A stretch of 63,681 bases of DNA, filler included, from Octopus bimaculoides (GCF_001194135.2; 7 parts of 7 records of this genome joined end to end with filler, not necessarily neighbours in it), one strand, 5' to 3'; shown: positions 25,441 to 40,382, counted from the first letter of the whole stretch. The notes: generated from the sequence alone by a model not told the origin. Translations and numbers: made by a program.

Positions 25441-26288
25441 CTGTACAAAACGCATACACAAATGCACAAACATACACATACGCGCGAGCGCGGGCACACA
25501 CAAACGTATATAAAGGGTAATGTTTGATCGCCACTTAACATGAGTGTTCTCTAAGTGATGATGATACTGCTGTTTTAACTCAAGAAGATATCTCCTCCAG
25601 CTGGTTTATTCAGTGTGCTTTAGCACTGGTTATTTATTACAAGCGGTAGAGAGCTCCTGCCTCCCTTGCTCCGAGACCACCAGAATACGTGATTTCAATC
25701 TTATTGGATCTCTTCGGTGGTGGGCATTCGTTTGCCAGGTATAGCAGTAGTCTAACCTCGCCTATGATATATAGAAAATACAGTGTCATGCAATCACTGA
25801 TTTTATAACTAGGAAACTTGTCCGTGAGAAAATCTCCGTTCGAGATAGAAGCAGTATGCGACCAAAAAGCCAGTGCTCATATATATATNNNNNNNNNNNN
25901 NNNNNNNNNNNNNNNNNNNNNNNNNNNNNNNNNNNNNNNNNNNNNNNNNNNNNNNNNNNNNNNNNNNNNNNNNNNNNNNNNNNNNNNNNNNNNNNNNNNN
26001 NNNNNNNNNNNNNNNNNNNNNNNNNNNNNNNNNNNNNNNNNNNNNNNNNNNNNNNNNNNNNNNNNNNNNNNNNNNNNNNNNNNNNNNNNNNNNNNNNNNN
26101 NNNNNNNNNNNNNNNNNNNNNNNNNNNNNNNNNNNNNNNNNNNNNNNNNNNNNNNNNNNNNNNNNNNNNNNNNNNNNNNNNNNNNNNNNNNNNNNNNNNN
26201 NNNNNNNNNNNNNNNNNNNNNNNNNNNNNNNNNNNNNNNNNNNNNNNNNNNNNNNNNNNNNNNNNNNNNNNNNNNNNNNNNATATATA

Positions 26289-26413
26289 CAGGGTGTCTAC
26301 AAGGTCTGGGTAGATGGAGTAAATAAAATCATAACATAAACAATTAAATATAAGAAATAATAATTTCTTAAAGTATGTGTTAATCCCCATGTACCCAGAC
26401 TTTGTGGACACCC

Positions 26414-26415
<2 letters not shown>
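26289..26415. mobile_element. Tc1/mariner-type MITE (127 bp) inserted in (TA)n
   Basis: 24-bp TIRs: CAGGGTGTCTACAAGGTCTGGGTA and TACCCAGACTTTGTGGACACCCTA (3 mismatches). TA dinucleotides flank both ends. Confidence 0.8.
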
Positions 26416-26448
<33 letters not shown>

Positions 26449-26928
26449 ATGATGAAGTCAAACCAAATAGTAACATGTTGAAATTATTTCATGTGTACAG
26501 TCTCTCCATTAAGGAAAATTAGCACATCCTTCAAGTATCAGGAGGGGGTAGGGGATACACACAACAAAAATGGTATATAGTTTCCGGCACAAAAGAAATC
26601 ACTTTAAACTTTCTAGGTAGCTATTCCTGGCCTGTTTAGTGAGTACACAAAGGTGACGTCCTGGTTGCCTCTTACAAGTTTTATGATGTTATCTTCAGCG
26701 GTTGTTGACATTGGTGAATGGTTCATATACAACTACATTCGACCACTTATGTATGCATGTTGACAGATAAACAGGCTGCTCTGAGTTTGTTTACATGGTA
26801 GCTTTCATTATATAAGAGAGGGTGCGCTCGCCTATCTAGGCGCGCACATGTCGTACGTGTATGTGTGCATATATACACACACATATATGTATATATACAT
26901 ACATAGATACATAGATACATATATACAT

Positions 26929-27013
<85 letters not shown>

Positions 27014-27092
27014 TACATATATATATACATACATATATATACACATAGATACACACACACATAAATACATATATACATACATGTATATACAC

Positions 27093-27132
<40 letters not shown>

Positions 27133-28329
27133 TTTGTAGAAAACATAAATCCGGAGAAGTATACTCTAAGATGTAGAGCAGTATATTTTGGGGAATGCCA
27201 GTTATGCATACATACATGCACATCTATAGATACATACATACATACATACATATAGATATTCGCGCACACACACACATTTGTGCATCTACGCACGCTTTCG
27301 CACCCTTTCCTTATATAGTGTAAGCTATCGTGTGTGTATATATAATGATAAACGTGTGTAAATGTATGGGCGTGTGAATATATCTATGTGTGCGCGTATG
27401 AGTGGGGGTGAGTGTACATATACATATATCTCCTATTATAAATACTTTTGTGTATATAATTTATGTATTTTTTCAACCCCGCGAAGTTATTCATTAACAT
27501 TTATTACCGAATTAGCGTGCATGTATTTTTTTATCACGCAGTTCCCTGGTAGAAGTAACGAAGAAGACCACGAGTTCAACTCCTTTTAGGGACGAAAATA
27601 CAGAGTGATGTTTATCCTTTTTATCATCTGTAATAAACCTACTTTTGTGCGCGCGCGCGCGCGCATGTACAAGAAGTAAAAAGAATCTGAGATTGTACAG
27701 TGACCAAAGAAATCTTATTGAAAACGGATTCTTCACAAAACATAACATATGATATGTTTAATGATGATTTATGTTTAACGAAGTATGAAATTATACATAC
27801 ACTCACACATACATACATACATACTTACATACATAGAGACACCCACAGATAGATAGACAGACAGACAGTTAGATAAAACTAACAAGGATATGTCAACGTA
27901 AGCATGTTCACAAAAGAGGCTCAATGAAGGAACGTCTAAGTTATGTTCTGTAATGTGTTACACTGCGCAATATATATGTACAATATTTAGAATATACATA
28001 TTATATAAATGTGTACCGCACATGAAAATTATATATTTTATATGGAAACCCAGTTTTTATAAACATTGGAAATACGTGGTCTGATCAATAAGTATCTGCT
28101 AATGTACGCAGAGTGAAGCCGCTTAGCACAGGGTTGGCCTTGAACGCTGCTGTGTATGCGCATAGCTCACTTCCGCCGTTTACAGCAGTGCTTGGAAAGA
28201 AAGTGTGTAGCGTGTGATCGGCGCACTGTCCATGACAGAGAAAGTTGAGCAGAGAATGTGAATCAAATTTTGACAAAAGCTTGGCGATATCTGCTCAGAG
28301 GTCTACGCAAACTTTTCAAAAGTTTTCAT

Positions 28330-28750
28330 CGTTCTCGACACCATCAAGGAGACCTTGTGCAACTTCATTGTCTTTTTGGTCCCCTCATTTCAGATATGCT
28401 TTCACAATGATAATCCTAGCATGGATCTTTCCATGGCCCATTGTGTCGAAGCCAATCGATGTTCAAAGTAGCCCACGTTTCGCTTGCGTATAAAAGCGTA
28501 GGTAGGACGATGCAACCGAAGAGACTGGTACGTATGGTCTTATTCAGCTTTGCTTTGAGCGCATCTTTTATAGCAGTAAACGCCTTCCATGCTGCTTTTA
28601 TTCACTGCGAGATTTCAGCGTCCATGTTTCGGCGCAGAATCACTGTGAGCCCCAGGGAGACATACTTCTTTATCTCCTCAAATTTATCGCTTCCCACTTC
28701 TATTCGGCCTTGAGCTACGTCTTCGGACCTAATGTATATTGAAAAAATGT
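28330..28750 (-). mobile_element. RTE-clade LINE RT C-terminal relic
   Basis: IEVGSDKFEEIKKYVSLGLTVILRRNMDAEISQ*IKAAWKAFTAIKDALKAKLNKTIRTSLFGCIVLPTLLYASETWAT/...TQWAMERSMLGLSL. This fits the RTE motifs F.YLG, VLP.LLYGSETW and QRAMERSMLG. Confidence 0.85.
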
Positions 28751-30202
28751 GTATATCGTGATGTATGGTACTCTGTACCAGCTTTATAGAGGACATATCA
28801 TAATGATATTTATATTATATATGCATGGAATGTTGAGTACAATGGTTATTGATAAAATATAGTGCTTTTGATAAATAGACCTTGAACAGAACCTAGCTTG
28901 GCCGTATAGGATGTATTATATAAAATATATGAAAGATATGTTATGTCGATACATTCATTAAATACTAACTTTCTTTTTTAATATATTTCTCCTATAACAT
29001 CAGTATGGGTATACTAGTATAAAAGTAATATGACAGACGATCGATGTCTTATTGCCCCGTTAACCCACAAATAAAGAAGATCTATTCACGATGTAATGTT
29101 TAACACTCATTTTCACTGATCGACATTAGAATATACTAACAAATCTACCCATCTACGATGGAGGTATAAAATGAGGGACGGAAGTCATAACAGCAATATG
29201 TATTGAGAATGTGTAAATGGATTTGATAGATTACTGGGTGATATTTTAGGGAAATCACATTATTGTTGGTGATACAGCATTCTATTGCAGCTATATGACG
29301 TGTTTGCGACTAAGTGACATGTGATGACGATTCACTCCCAATCTGAAATAGGCTCCCAACCTCTGTATCACGAATGGTTATGTGGACCACTCCTAACGAA
29401 AGCTAAAGCTTCCTTCGACCAGTACATAAAAAGTATTAAGAAAAAAAATGTTATTTAGATATACTTTTATTTTAGTTGTTTACACTATTTTACTCTTGTT
29501 TATACTCTTATACATTCGCAGTTCACAAATCTCCTTATTTAAATTATGAATCATATTCCTTTCGATAATATCAATATGATTACAAAACTTCTTTGTAGAC
29601 AGTAATTTCTGTTTGTTCGACTCTAATTTTCGAAATACTGGAGTCCGTCGCTCCACTCATAGCGATGTATAACTGGCCGTGTATAAACATCGGAGTGGGT
29701 AAAACTATTCCTACACGATCTAAAGTCTGGCCTTGTACCTCGTTTGCTGTGAAAGATTCCGCTTGTGCAGAGCGGAATCTTTAGGGTTGCTGACGTTCCA
29801 TATGGAGGGTTTGATAAATGTTGAGAAATTTCTCTCTACATGAAACCAATGGTAGCCTTGTTAATCTACAAAAAAAGTGCGTGTGTGTGTATGCCCCCCA
29901 AAAGTTAGGAATGGAACAGGTGAAGTGCGGACGACGACCGTTTCATAGTAAAGTCAATTTTTTTGTTTACATATACATACATGTATACATACGTAAACAC
30001 ACGCATGCACATACATACATACAAATACATATACATATAAACATATATATATGTGTATATATAAAAGAAAAATAACTCAAGTGTTTTTATATATACATGC
30101 ATACACACACCCATATACATACATCCACATATCCATATATATGTGCGTGTGCATGCATACATATACATATACACACACATATATATATATATATTCGTAC
30201 AC

Positions 30203-30302
30203 NNNNNNNNNNNNNNNNNNNNNNNNNNNNNNNNNNNNNNNNNNNNTTAATTAATTAANNNNNNNNNNNNNNNNNNNNNNNNNNNNNNNNNNNNNNNNNN
30301 NN
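30203..30302. other. Artificial scaffold linker (44 N + TTAATTAATTAA + 44 N); others at 39713-39812, 43378-43477, 55716-55815, 60050-60149 and 62149-62248
   Basis: An identical 12-mer with stops in all six frames is centred in 100-bp N blocks six times. This is a standard contig-joining spacer. Confidence 0.95.
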
Positions 30303-30334
<32 letters not shown>

Positions 30335-30943
30335 ATATATACATACATACAAACATAGAACTCTAGATAACAAATTTAACTCCAGATTTTTTCAAATAAG
30401 TCACATATATGCAAAATGTATGAATTTACTATGTAAAAAGTATTATTCGTGACGAATACCCCAAAGGGACGACAGCATTAAATAATTTGCTCTTTTAGTC
30501 ACTACCTCCTTTACTTAATATATAAAACCTTTAACACCACCTCAAACAATGTATACGTACGTATACTTATATCTACATTGCACAAATACGCCGATATACC
30601 TATGTGCCATCATTTACATATATATATATTTATATATATATATGAGCTGTCTCGAGCGTAACCGGCCAAAACTGCAAAGTCGATCTCAAACTCGACTGAG
30701 GATAGGAAGCACCGAATGATCCGTTCTTGTTTTTTTTTTTCTGTACTTTTTAGTATCACCTAACTGTCCGGGTGTTTTGTTGTCGCCTGTTACGTTCCTG
30801 CTCCATTTTTTGGCTTTTTCTTATTTATATATACATATAGCGGCGTACGTACACTTTTGGTCTCCTATATACATGTGTGTGTGTGTGTGTGTAATATCGG
30901 TGGCTTATTCGCAATTTTACAACCTAAGCGCCAAAATATTCAG

Positions 30944-31126
30944 GTCACTAAAGTGAAGAAGGGTACTAATCAGCACTAATATTGCTAGAAATAAAAGTTA
31001 AAACAACTCAATAGCTAACGAACGCACTATCACATTAAGATAATGCCTTTGTTAGCTATTGAGTTGTTCTGACTCTTATTTCTAGCTACACTGGTGCTGA
31101 TTAATGCCCTTGTTCACTATAGTGAC
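30944..31126. mobile_element. Fold-back / MITE-like element, ~83-bp imperfect inverted arms
   Basis: GTCACTAAAGTGAAGAAGGGTACTAATCAGCAC...GCTAGAAATAAAAG..AACAACTCAATAGCTAAC aligns to the reverse complement of 31044-31126 at roughly 84% identity. No clear TSD. Confidence 0.75.
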
Positions 31127-31402
31127 ACATATGCGTGTGTGTGTGTGTGTATACAAAGGTGAGCAAACTTTTCACTCTAAAAGTTAATAAACATTTAATC
31201 TATTAAATATTGTAAAGATGATGACAGGTGTGTGAGGAACAACAGGTGTATTAGTTTGACGCTCGGAAGAATGAAACAGTCTGTTACGTTTCCAGGCTAC
31301 GCTCTTCAACAGAAAGAAATAAGAGAAAATAAACAGAGAGACTGCAAAGAAAAACGTGTAGAATAAGTGGTCAAGCATATATATATACACATGCGTGTGT
31401 TT

Positions 31403-31476
<74 letters not shown>

Positions 31477-33008
31477 TATAGAACTTAAGATGGATGCCGT
31501 GCTAAGCAGGTTTCATGTAAAACACATCGATCTAATATGTACGTTGTTTTTTATTACGCATACTCACTTCATTACATTCTGGCTATATCCATTATGCATG
31601 TGAATAATGTCAGCTCCATTATTCTCGAGTATCAATATCATAAACGCATTCCTTGTCTCATATATTAACACTATTTCCTTTCCTATTGACTGTTGTACTG
31701 ATGGCGACGGTTAGGACATTTGAAGAAATATATACTTTTCTATATATTCTCATTAAGACATTTCTGTTTATGATATATCGACTCCTGACTTGGGAAGTAT
31801 GTCTTTTCAATGCAATGCATTTCATGCATTACAATAGTTCCTCCTTGTTGCATTTGCATTTCCCTGCTAATATATGTGTGTGAACGTGTGTGTTCGTGTG
31901 TATGAATATATATATATATATATGTATGTATATACAAACATACACATACACGCACGCACACGCATACACAAACATATACATATGCATATATATATGCTTA
32001 TACATATATATATACACATACATATATATATATATATATATAGATACACACACACACACACACACACACATACACACACATACACACACACACACATGCA
32101 TATATATNNNNNNNNNNNNNNNNNNNNNNNNNNNNNNNNNNNNNNNNNNNNNNNNNNNNNNNNNNNNNNNNNNNNNNNNNNNNNNNNNNNNNNNNNNNNN
32201 NNNNNNNNNNNNNNNNNNNNNNNNNNNNNNNNNNNNNNNNNNNNNNNNNNNNNNNNNNNNNNNNNNNNNNNNNNNNNNNNNNNNNNNNNNNNNNNNNNNN
32301 NNNNNNNNNNNNNNNNNNNNNNNNNNNNNNNNNNNNNNNNNNNNNNNNNNNNNNNNNNNNNNNNNNNNNNNNNNNNNNNNNNNNNNNNNNNNNNNNNNNN
32401 NNNNNNNNNNNNNNNNNNNNNNNNNNNNNNNNNNNNNNNNNNNNNNNNNNNNNNNNNNNNNNNNNNNNNNNNNNNNNNNNNNNNNNNNNNNNNNNNNNNN
32501 NNNNNNNNNNNNNNNNNNNNNNNNNNNNNNNNNNNNNNNNNNNNNNNNNNNNNNNNNNNNNNNNNNNNNNNNNNNNNNNNNNNNNNNNNNNNNNNNNNNN
32601 NNNNNNNNNNNNNNNNNNNNNNNNNNNNNNNNNNNNNNNNNNNNNNNNNNNNNNNNNNNNNNNNNNNNNNNNNNNNNNNNNNNNNNNNNNNNNNNNNNNN
32701 NNNNNNNNNNNNNNNNNNNNNNNNNNNNNNNNNNNNNNNNNNNNNNNNNNNNNNNNNNNNNNNNNNNNNNNNNNNNNNNNNNNNNNNNNNNNNNNNNNNN
32801 NNNNNNNNNNNNNNNNNNNNNNNNNNNNNNNNNNNNNNNNNNNNNNNNNNNNNNNNNNNNNNNNNNNNNNNNNNNNNNNNNNNNNNNNNNNNNNNNNNNN
32901 NNNNNNNNNNNNNNNNNNNNNNNNNNNNNNNNNNNNNNNNNNNNNNNNNNNNNNNNNNNNNNNNNNNNNNNNNNNNNNNNNNNNNNNNNNNNNNNNNNNN
33001 NNNNNNNN

Positions 33009-33063
<55 letters not shown>

Positions 33064-33074
33064 GTATGTATATC

Positions 33075-33830
33075 ATTGAATTGCAATTTCTAATGTCTCG
33101 TAATATTCTGTCAATAGCTTTAAAAGTATTTTTGTGGGCCATGGTACATTCGTCCCAGACAATTAAGTGACATCCTTGTATTAGTTCACCCATTGCAGAA
33201 TTTATAGATATATCACAAACTGGTTCTTGGTTGTTAGATAAATGTAAGGACAACTTGGATGTTGAATGGGCAGTCCGACCTCCGGGTAGTAATGTTGCTG
33301 CAATCCCAGAAGTAGCAGTAGCTAAAGCTCTTTGATTTTCTAAACCAACTTTATCCAGGAGGAGTTTTATTACAAATATTTTCCCAGTACCTTCTGGAGC
33401 ATCTAAGAAATAAACATCAGTGAAACTAATATCTTGCTCCAGGTTTTTGACGGTGCTGGAAATCTTCAACAAAATCATTTCTGAACATAATATTCCGCAG
33501 TTGAACAGGATTACTTACTTCACAGTTTTTGAGAATAATAGCAAAAAGACATCTTAAAGTCTTAGGAGGTTTGATTTTGAAGCTTCCTATTGCTGATTAT
33601 TTGCAAGCAAACGTAACTTGAAACACTCATCGCGATATGTTCTACAAATCTCACCATCAATTTGTTTCAAACTTTCTCATGAAGTTGGTCCTCTCTCTAC
33701 ATGAAGAAGCATTCTGAAATCAAACCATCCATTTTGGTTAGGATGTACAGTATATAATCTACCAATTGTTCTTCCAAACTTAATACCAGAATGACCTTGA
33801 ACCTTTGTACGTATTTTGTGTCTGTTCCAT
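33075..33830 (-). mobile_element. Helitron Rep/helicase relic (PIF1-family helicase region)
   Basis: YFLDAPEGTGKIFVIKLLLDKV...ALATATSGIAATLLPGGRTAHS...IQGCHLIVWDECTMAHKNTFKAIDRILRDIR (Walker A, ATSGIAA, WDE). Upstream is IGRLYTVHPNQNG.F..RMLLHVERGPTS*ESLKQIDGEIC.TYRDECFKL.LL, typical of Helitrons. Contains stops. Confidence 0.92.
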
Positions 33831-35892
33831 TTATTGTTACTCTACATGTAATATGAAAGAGAGAGAGAGAAAGGTAGAAAGGAAGAGAGAGAAAGAAAGA
33901 TAGAAAAGGAAATAGACAGACAGAGAAGAAAGAAAATCATAGAGAGAGGGTGTCTGGGTTTAGTTTAACTTTGCCGGGCAAACGAAAAGACAGAATCTCT
34001 TTGAAGTAGAATGACAGAGTTTTAGTTTTAATTTGCAGGACAAACAGACAGAACCTCTTTGAAATAGCATGGCAGAGAGACAGGCAGGCAGAGAGACAGG
34101 TAGGCAGACAGACAGAAAATATAAAGGTGGGGGAGTATAGAGGAGACATAGAAAGAAAATCATAGAGAGATGGTATCTGGTTTAAGTTTCACTTTGTGGG
34201 ACGAACAGACTAACAGACAAACAGAGAGAATTACTCTTTTATATATATAGATACAAGATATATATATTTATTTGTTTATATATAAACACCAATAAGTAAA
34301 AAAAAACATAAAACATACACGTGTTTCAGTAAAATGATTATCATTATTACTCAAGGTAATTGACCAGAATACGTAATACAATCGCCTCCATTCCTCGGTA
34401 TTCTCGGGGGAAAGTTCAAAATTGAATGGGATATATGTCCAAATATATTCCAGCTATGCAAATTACCTTTAAAATCACTGATTGGTGAAACTGTGAAGAA
34501 GTAGAAAGTTGTTTAGGGATGACTTATCAAAGGTTAATGAGAGTGGGGGAAGATTTAGCCACACATTGGCTTTGAACATATTCAGGCGGAGACGCACACT
34601 CTCACATACCCGCACAGCATACATATATATGCAATAGAGTGGTGTGAGTTGAATAAACAAACCCGAGGCGACGGAGCAAAATGATAACAACAGTGGCAAC
34701 ATTAATACAGCACACACAATCAGAAAATGAAGCGAAATAATAGGACAGACGATTCTAGTTTTTCAATTCGAATAAACATTAAAGAATCTAGCAACAGGAC
34801 TTCCGGGCAAACAACTCTTTGTTCTCCTTTTTTCTTGTTATTTTGTCACTTTGTTGTATACCATTAGTTATCATGCAACTATTTACATGACCGTTCACAA
34901 ACACACAGACACACACACACACACACACACACACGCCCACCGAAGTGCTTGCTTTTAATTACTCTATCTATAAAGATGTCACGTAAATCACACATAATTT
35001 TAGCGTTCGAAAAACCACAATGTGACCGTGTATGAATGAGTATGTGCTTGTGTGTGTGCATGTGTACATATATATGCATATATATATACACACATAGATA
35101 CACATATAGAAAAATACGCGCACTCACACATACACACTCACACACACACATATACACACGGGTACACACACAAAATTGTAGGAACATCTTCATATGACAC
35201 CCTAGATAGATAGATAGATACATACATACATACATACATACATACATACATTACATACAGTGACTGGTCAATTGGTTGATCGATCGATTGATTGATGATT
35301 GATTGATTGATTAATTGACTGATTGATTGATTGATTGATAAGCATGCGGATAGCTAGATAGAGTGTTTTATTTTATGAACATAAATTTGGAGTTAGACAA
35401 AACCAGATTAGCATATACAGACATCATATTTCGAATACTATTCGAAATACATTTCATTATATATTCTTGTACCAAATATAACCCTTTGTACTATAGGCAC
35501 AAGGCCTGCAATTTGGTGAGAGGGGACGAGATGATTACATCGACCATAGTTTTTCACTAGTACCTAATTTAGGATGACAGTCGACCTCAGTGGAATGTGA
35601 ACTCAGAATGCAGCGACGGGCGAAATACCGCTAAGCATTTCGTCCAGCATGCTAACGATTCTGCCAGCTCACCAGCTTTTTTTATCAACGCAAAATCAAG
35701 GTTGCATCATGAGCAGCGAAAGGTTACGATTCTCAGTTATTCTCTTTTAAGGAGTAAATCTCTTTAAGCACAGTGCTCAAGAAATTCCGCATTTAATATA
35801 ACTATATAACGATAATTTTTTTCTAAAATGTAATGGTGTATTTGAGAAATATTCAATGGTTATATGTATGTATATATTTATTTATTTATTTT

Positions 35893-35961
<69 letters not shown>

Positions 35962-36144
35962 TTGTATGTATATGAATGTATGTATACATATTTCTATATG
36001 CGCGGGTTACGTATATTTGTAAATCTGGCAAGCAAATGGAAGGAGAACGGAGGAAGGGAAGATGAGGAAGGGGGGAAAGAGGGGAATGGGGAAGACCGAG
36101 AAGAACAAGAGGACGGTGAGAAGGAGGAGAAGGAGGAGGGGGAG

Positions 36145-36290
36145 AGAAGAAGAAGAAGAAGAAAAAGAAGAAGAAGAAAAAGAAGAAGAAGAAGAAGAAG
36201 AAGAAGAAGAAGAAGAAGAAGAAGAAGAAGAAGAAGAAGAAGAAGAAGAAGAAGAAGAAGAAGAAGAAGAAGAAGAAGAAGAAGAAGAAG
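36145..36290 (+). repeat. Long (GAA)n microsatellite
   Basis: Seen directly. It produces the poly-E/R/S/L pseudo-ORFs. Confidence 0.95.
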
Positions 36291-36670
36291 AATATAAAAA
36301 CATATCCACATATCCAGTGTTTTGTTTTTTTATGTTAATCATATCCAGCTTATGCCTGTCGCTTTGTAAAAACTTAGACCACATATCATAACAGGCGTTA
36401 AACAAACAGCTACCGAAGAAACTGTGTACACAACACACTTGTCGGACTCTCGCTTGTCAAAAAGGCATTCAATTGTTTTTTCTCTTTTTTCTTTTGCTCT
36501 TATTTTGATTATTCTCTTTTTTTGCCTTACACCCTTGATTGTTCATATTTGTTATTTGCTGATGTTTCCTTTTTTCCTCCCTTATTGTATTTTAGTTTTG
36601 TTTCGTCATAGGATCAAACCAGATTCTTACATCTAGAGACTTATTAGCTTTACATTGTAATGAATTCCAG

Positions 36671-36736
36671 CTGACATTGTCAACCAACAAGAGGCTATGG
36701 ATCGTCAGGATTGCCTTCCATGTAACACGAGAGACG
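36671..36736 (+). CDS. Weak candidate symmetric phase-1 exon (66 nt)
   Basis: ...gaattccag|CTGAC...GAGACG|gtatta. The open frame reads (A)DIVNQQEAMDRQDCLPCNTRD. It is phase-compatible with the exons at 17283-17406 and 62941-63168, but the splice sites are only moderate. Confidence 0.3.
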
Positions 36737-36882
36737 GTATTAAGAATTAATGTAAATAGATCTCATTGATATTTTGTTTTCATCCCGTTCTTCTGCATTA
36801 ACTGATTGTATGTATATATTTATAAAACAGCATCCATTTGCTTAGGCATCATATACGTGCGGACGTATAAACATATGTAGTA

Positions 36883-36927
<45 letters not shown>

Positions 36928-38241
36928 GTATATGTGTGTGTGTGTGGTACACAAATCAAACAGACACACTAACACACACACAAACGCACACCACACACGC
37001 ACACACATCTATATATGCGTATATACATATCTATAGTGTATGTGTGCGTGTGTATGTGTGCGTGTGTTTGTATCTATGTGTATCTGTATGTAAATGCATG
37101 TTTGTGTGTGTGTATATCTGTCTGTGTTTGTGTGGGCACGTGTGTGTAAATGTTTAACCGCCTCCATTACTAAAGAGATAAAAAATATTCGCTTCACTTT
37201 CACAGTATATCTGGAGATTGAAGGAAACTACAACTGACAATGATTCAATAAGCTGGTCTGTAGTGGAATGTGTATCAATTTACGCTAAAAGGTCACGAAA
37301 AAAAGACACCACCCTTCGACATGTTAAACAGTAAAGGAAATGTATTGAGGAAAAAAATTAGAATAACAAACTTCATTTAATGTATCCTTGCAACCTGCGA
37401 ACAGGTTACATATCCTATATGTGAATGTCAGCGGTTAGCTTTGAAGTATATCTAACGTAAAAAAAGAAAACTGTTCGGAGCTCTCAAAGCTGCCTGAGAA
37501 TGACAAATAATTATTTAACAGGATTGGAGGAACAGATATTAAACTTGGCGCACATAATGAATTAAAATTCCAACAATTAAAATCTCAACTATCTTTGTGC
37601 TGTCTCCCTTGGAGATTCGGATTGTGTTAATAACATTGAGATCATGCATCAATGTCTCTTCAGCACATGATTTATTCCATTGCTCTCAATGAAAATCTGT
37701 TGATATTTTAGGTAATGTATAGGAATTTTGTATGCTAATGCCTTTACCAGGGGCAGTTGCAACATGAGTATGTAAGAAAAAATACATGTATATATAAATG
37801 GGTAACAGTAAGGGACAGGTGCCAAGCCATTACAGCCGTTTGCAACGACTCCTTTAATTGATTTATGGAAACATTGCATCTTTGTAAAGAAACCGTTTAC
37901 GACATATGAATTCATGGACTTCATAATAAAGGACATTCAGAATGATATAACATAGTTTAAAATCCATGTGCCTTTCTGTTACTCATATTTTATTCACCTC
38001 TCGGACTCTGCCATTCGTAAATACTATGGACATTATATTTAATATAAAGTACATGTCTGAATAGCTAAGAGCGGATTTTTTTTACTCAGCTGAGTCTAAC
38101 TGTCTACATACACAGCAATAGTATCATTCGGCCGGTATTTACGTATCGAGTTTGATATCTAATTAATATTCTTGTGGGTGTGTATTATTCCAATCTAGCG
38201 AAGAGCCTCAATTTAACTAATTCAAATGAATTTTAATTGTG

Positions 38242-38294
<53 letters not shown>

Positions 38295-38517
38295 TATAAT
38301 TATATACATAATTTTAATAAGGGATTGGCTTGCGCCTCACCATGCACTGGAAAATAGACGTCAAAAGACTCTATTGCCATCATAAATTCTCCGAGAAAAA
38401 CACAAGCCAAGCCCTTATTATAATTATGTATATAATTATAAAATATTTATATTAATTTACCTACGAGCTTTTATTTCCGTGCTGACCACATGGTAAAAAT
38501 CATTTATGATTTTAACC

Positions 38518-38578
<61 letters not shown>

Positions 38579-39668
38579 CATTTATATATGGGACGTCAGC
38601 ACCTTTCTCGGTTCTGATTTAAATTATGTGAAAGGTGCTGAACTAAATATACAGTGTCACAACTGACAAAGTAATACACGGGCCAACGCAGGAACGTCTT
38701 GATGGTTACGAGACAAAATCAACAGCGCTCTTACTTTTAAAAACATTTGATGGAAGCATTAATATAAATATATTCCTCAGCACACACTGACAAAGTATGG
38801 GACGTGTAGGTGACGACTTTTGACCACATGTTTATTTCTTCAATCAAGGATGACATGGAATGGGGTAAGTAACAATATCAACATAAAAAAAGCTTATCAT
38901 CCTATTCATAGTAACAATAATGTCTTATTTGTTAGAATTATTATTACATTCATAATTTTTCAAAGGCAATTATGGAGCTAGGAAGGACGCCTAGATTTTA
39001 TGACTAAATATGTTGTCTAATTTACTCGTGTTCTCGATTCAAATCCTATCACAGCTAATATTGTCTTTCACATCTTGGGGTATGGATTAACTTAACCCTG
39101 TTACGTAATGGCTTCAATACTGCTACCAAAACTCTTTTGCACTTTAGTGGCTTACTGCCAATAGAAGAAATCTAAAATCGAGTCAGTGTTATAACATTTA
39201 TATAAGAGTTATGAAGACATTTGGAATTACTTCTACTGGGAATCGAACAACGCATCGCGTGTCCATCGATTAATGAGCTTCATTATTTCTGGGATAAAAC
39301 GCCAAGTAGCTTAAAAGTAGCTTAAAAGAATTTGTCTTCCAGACAGTTTACTGAACAGAAACTGAAAATGAAATGATGAATAGCGAAACTTGCAAAATAT
39401 ACAAATTTACTAGCAATTAAGATAGAAAATCACTCACCGTAATGTCACGGTCTTAAGTTTCCAAGAAAATCAATGAACAATTTATTGAGAAGATATAAGA
39501 ATTAATTTTCTAACCTCTCACTAGTCATGTGTCATTGATGTAGGTATTTCATAGCTTCGTCAGTTTAGAGAATTAAAACAATTAATTTGTTAGAGATGGA
39601 AATATTGATGCATTAATAAATATCGTAAGATAGACAAAGAATTATTTAAGAACATAGACAGTGAGATT

Positions 39669-39712
<44 letters not shown>

Positions 39713-39812
39713 NNNNNNNNNNNNNNNNNNNNNNNNNNNNNNNNNNNNNNNNNNNNTTAATTAATTAANNNNNNNNNNNNNNNNNNNNNNNNNNNNNNNN
39801 NNNNNNNNNNNN

Positions 39813-39885
<73 letters not shown>

Positions 39886-40313
39886 CACATATATATGTCA
39901 CATGCCAAAAGCTATCATGCTGTAGAAGAGAACTCAAAGCCACATGGTTGCGACATGAGATTCTTAACCACATATCATGCTTATGCCATCAGAAAACATT
40001 GCACACAGAAGAAGAGTCCTGCCCAAAATGTTAAGTATAAACTCTTTCACTCAGCAAACCAATTCATTCCACTTTTGAAATGCTTATACATGAATAAGTC
40101 AACCGTACTTATAAGAAAGTTATATCTCTGCAAGCATACATAAATATAAGAAGCCATGTATGTGTGCACATAGGCATGTGTATGTTTGCAAATGCATGCA
40201 TTCATGTCTTGTTGATTACATTTGCTCTGGTGGTTCACAGAGGGCTGAAGCTGAATAGCGTGGACTGTGTGACGATACAACACAGAGTTTCACATAAAGC
40301 TGAATGGACATTG

Positions 40314-40382
<69 letters not shown>

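Noticed and set aside
30247-30258. Recurrent TTAATTAATTAA motif
   Set aside because: Synthetic six-frame-stop linker inside N spacers, not biological.
39535-39570. Minus-strand CTGACGA...GAAA
   Set aside because: No stem I or stem II; a chance match.
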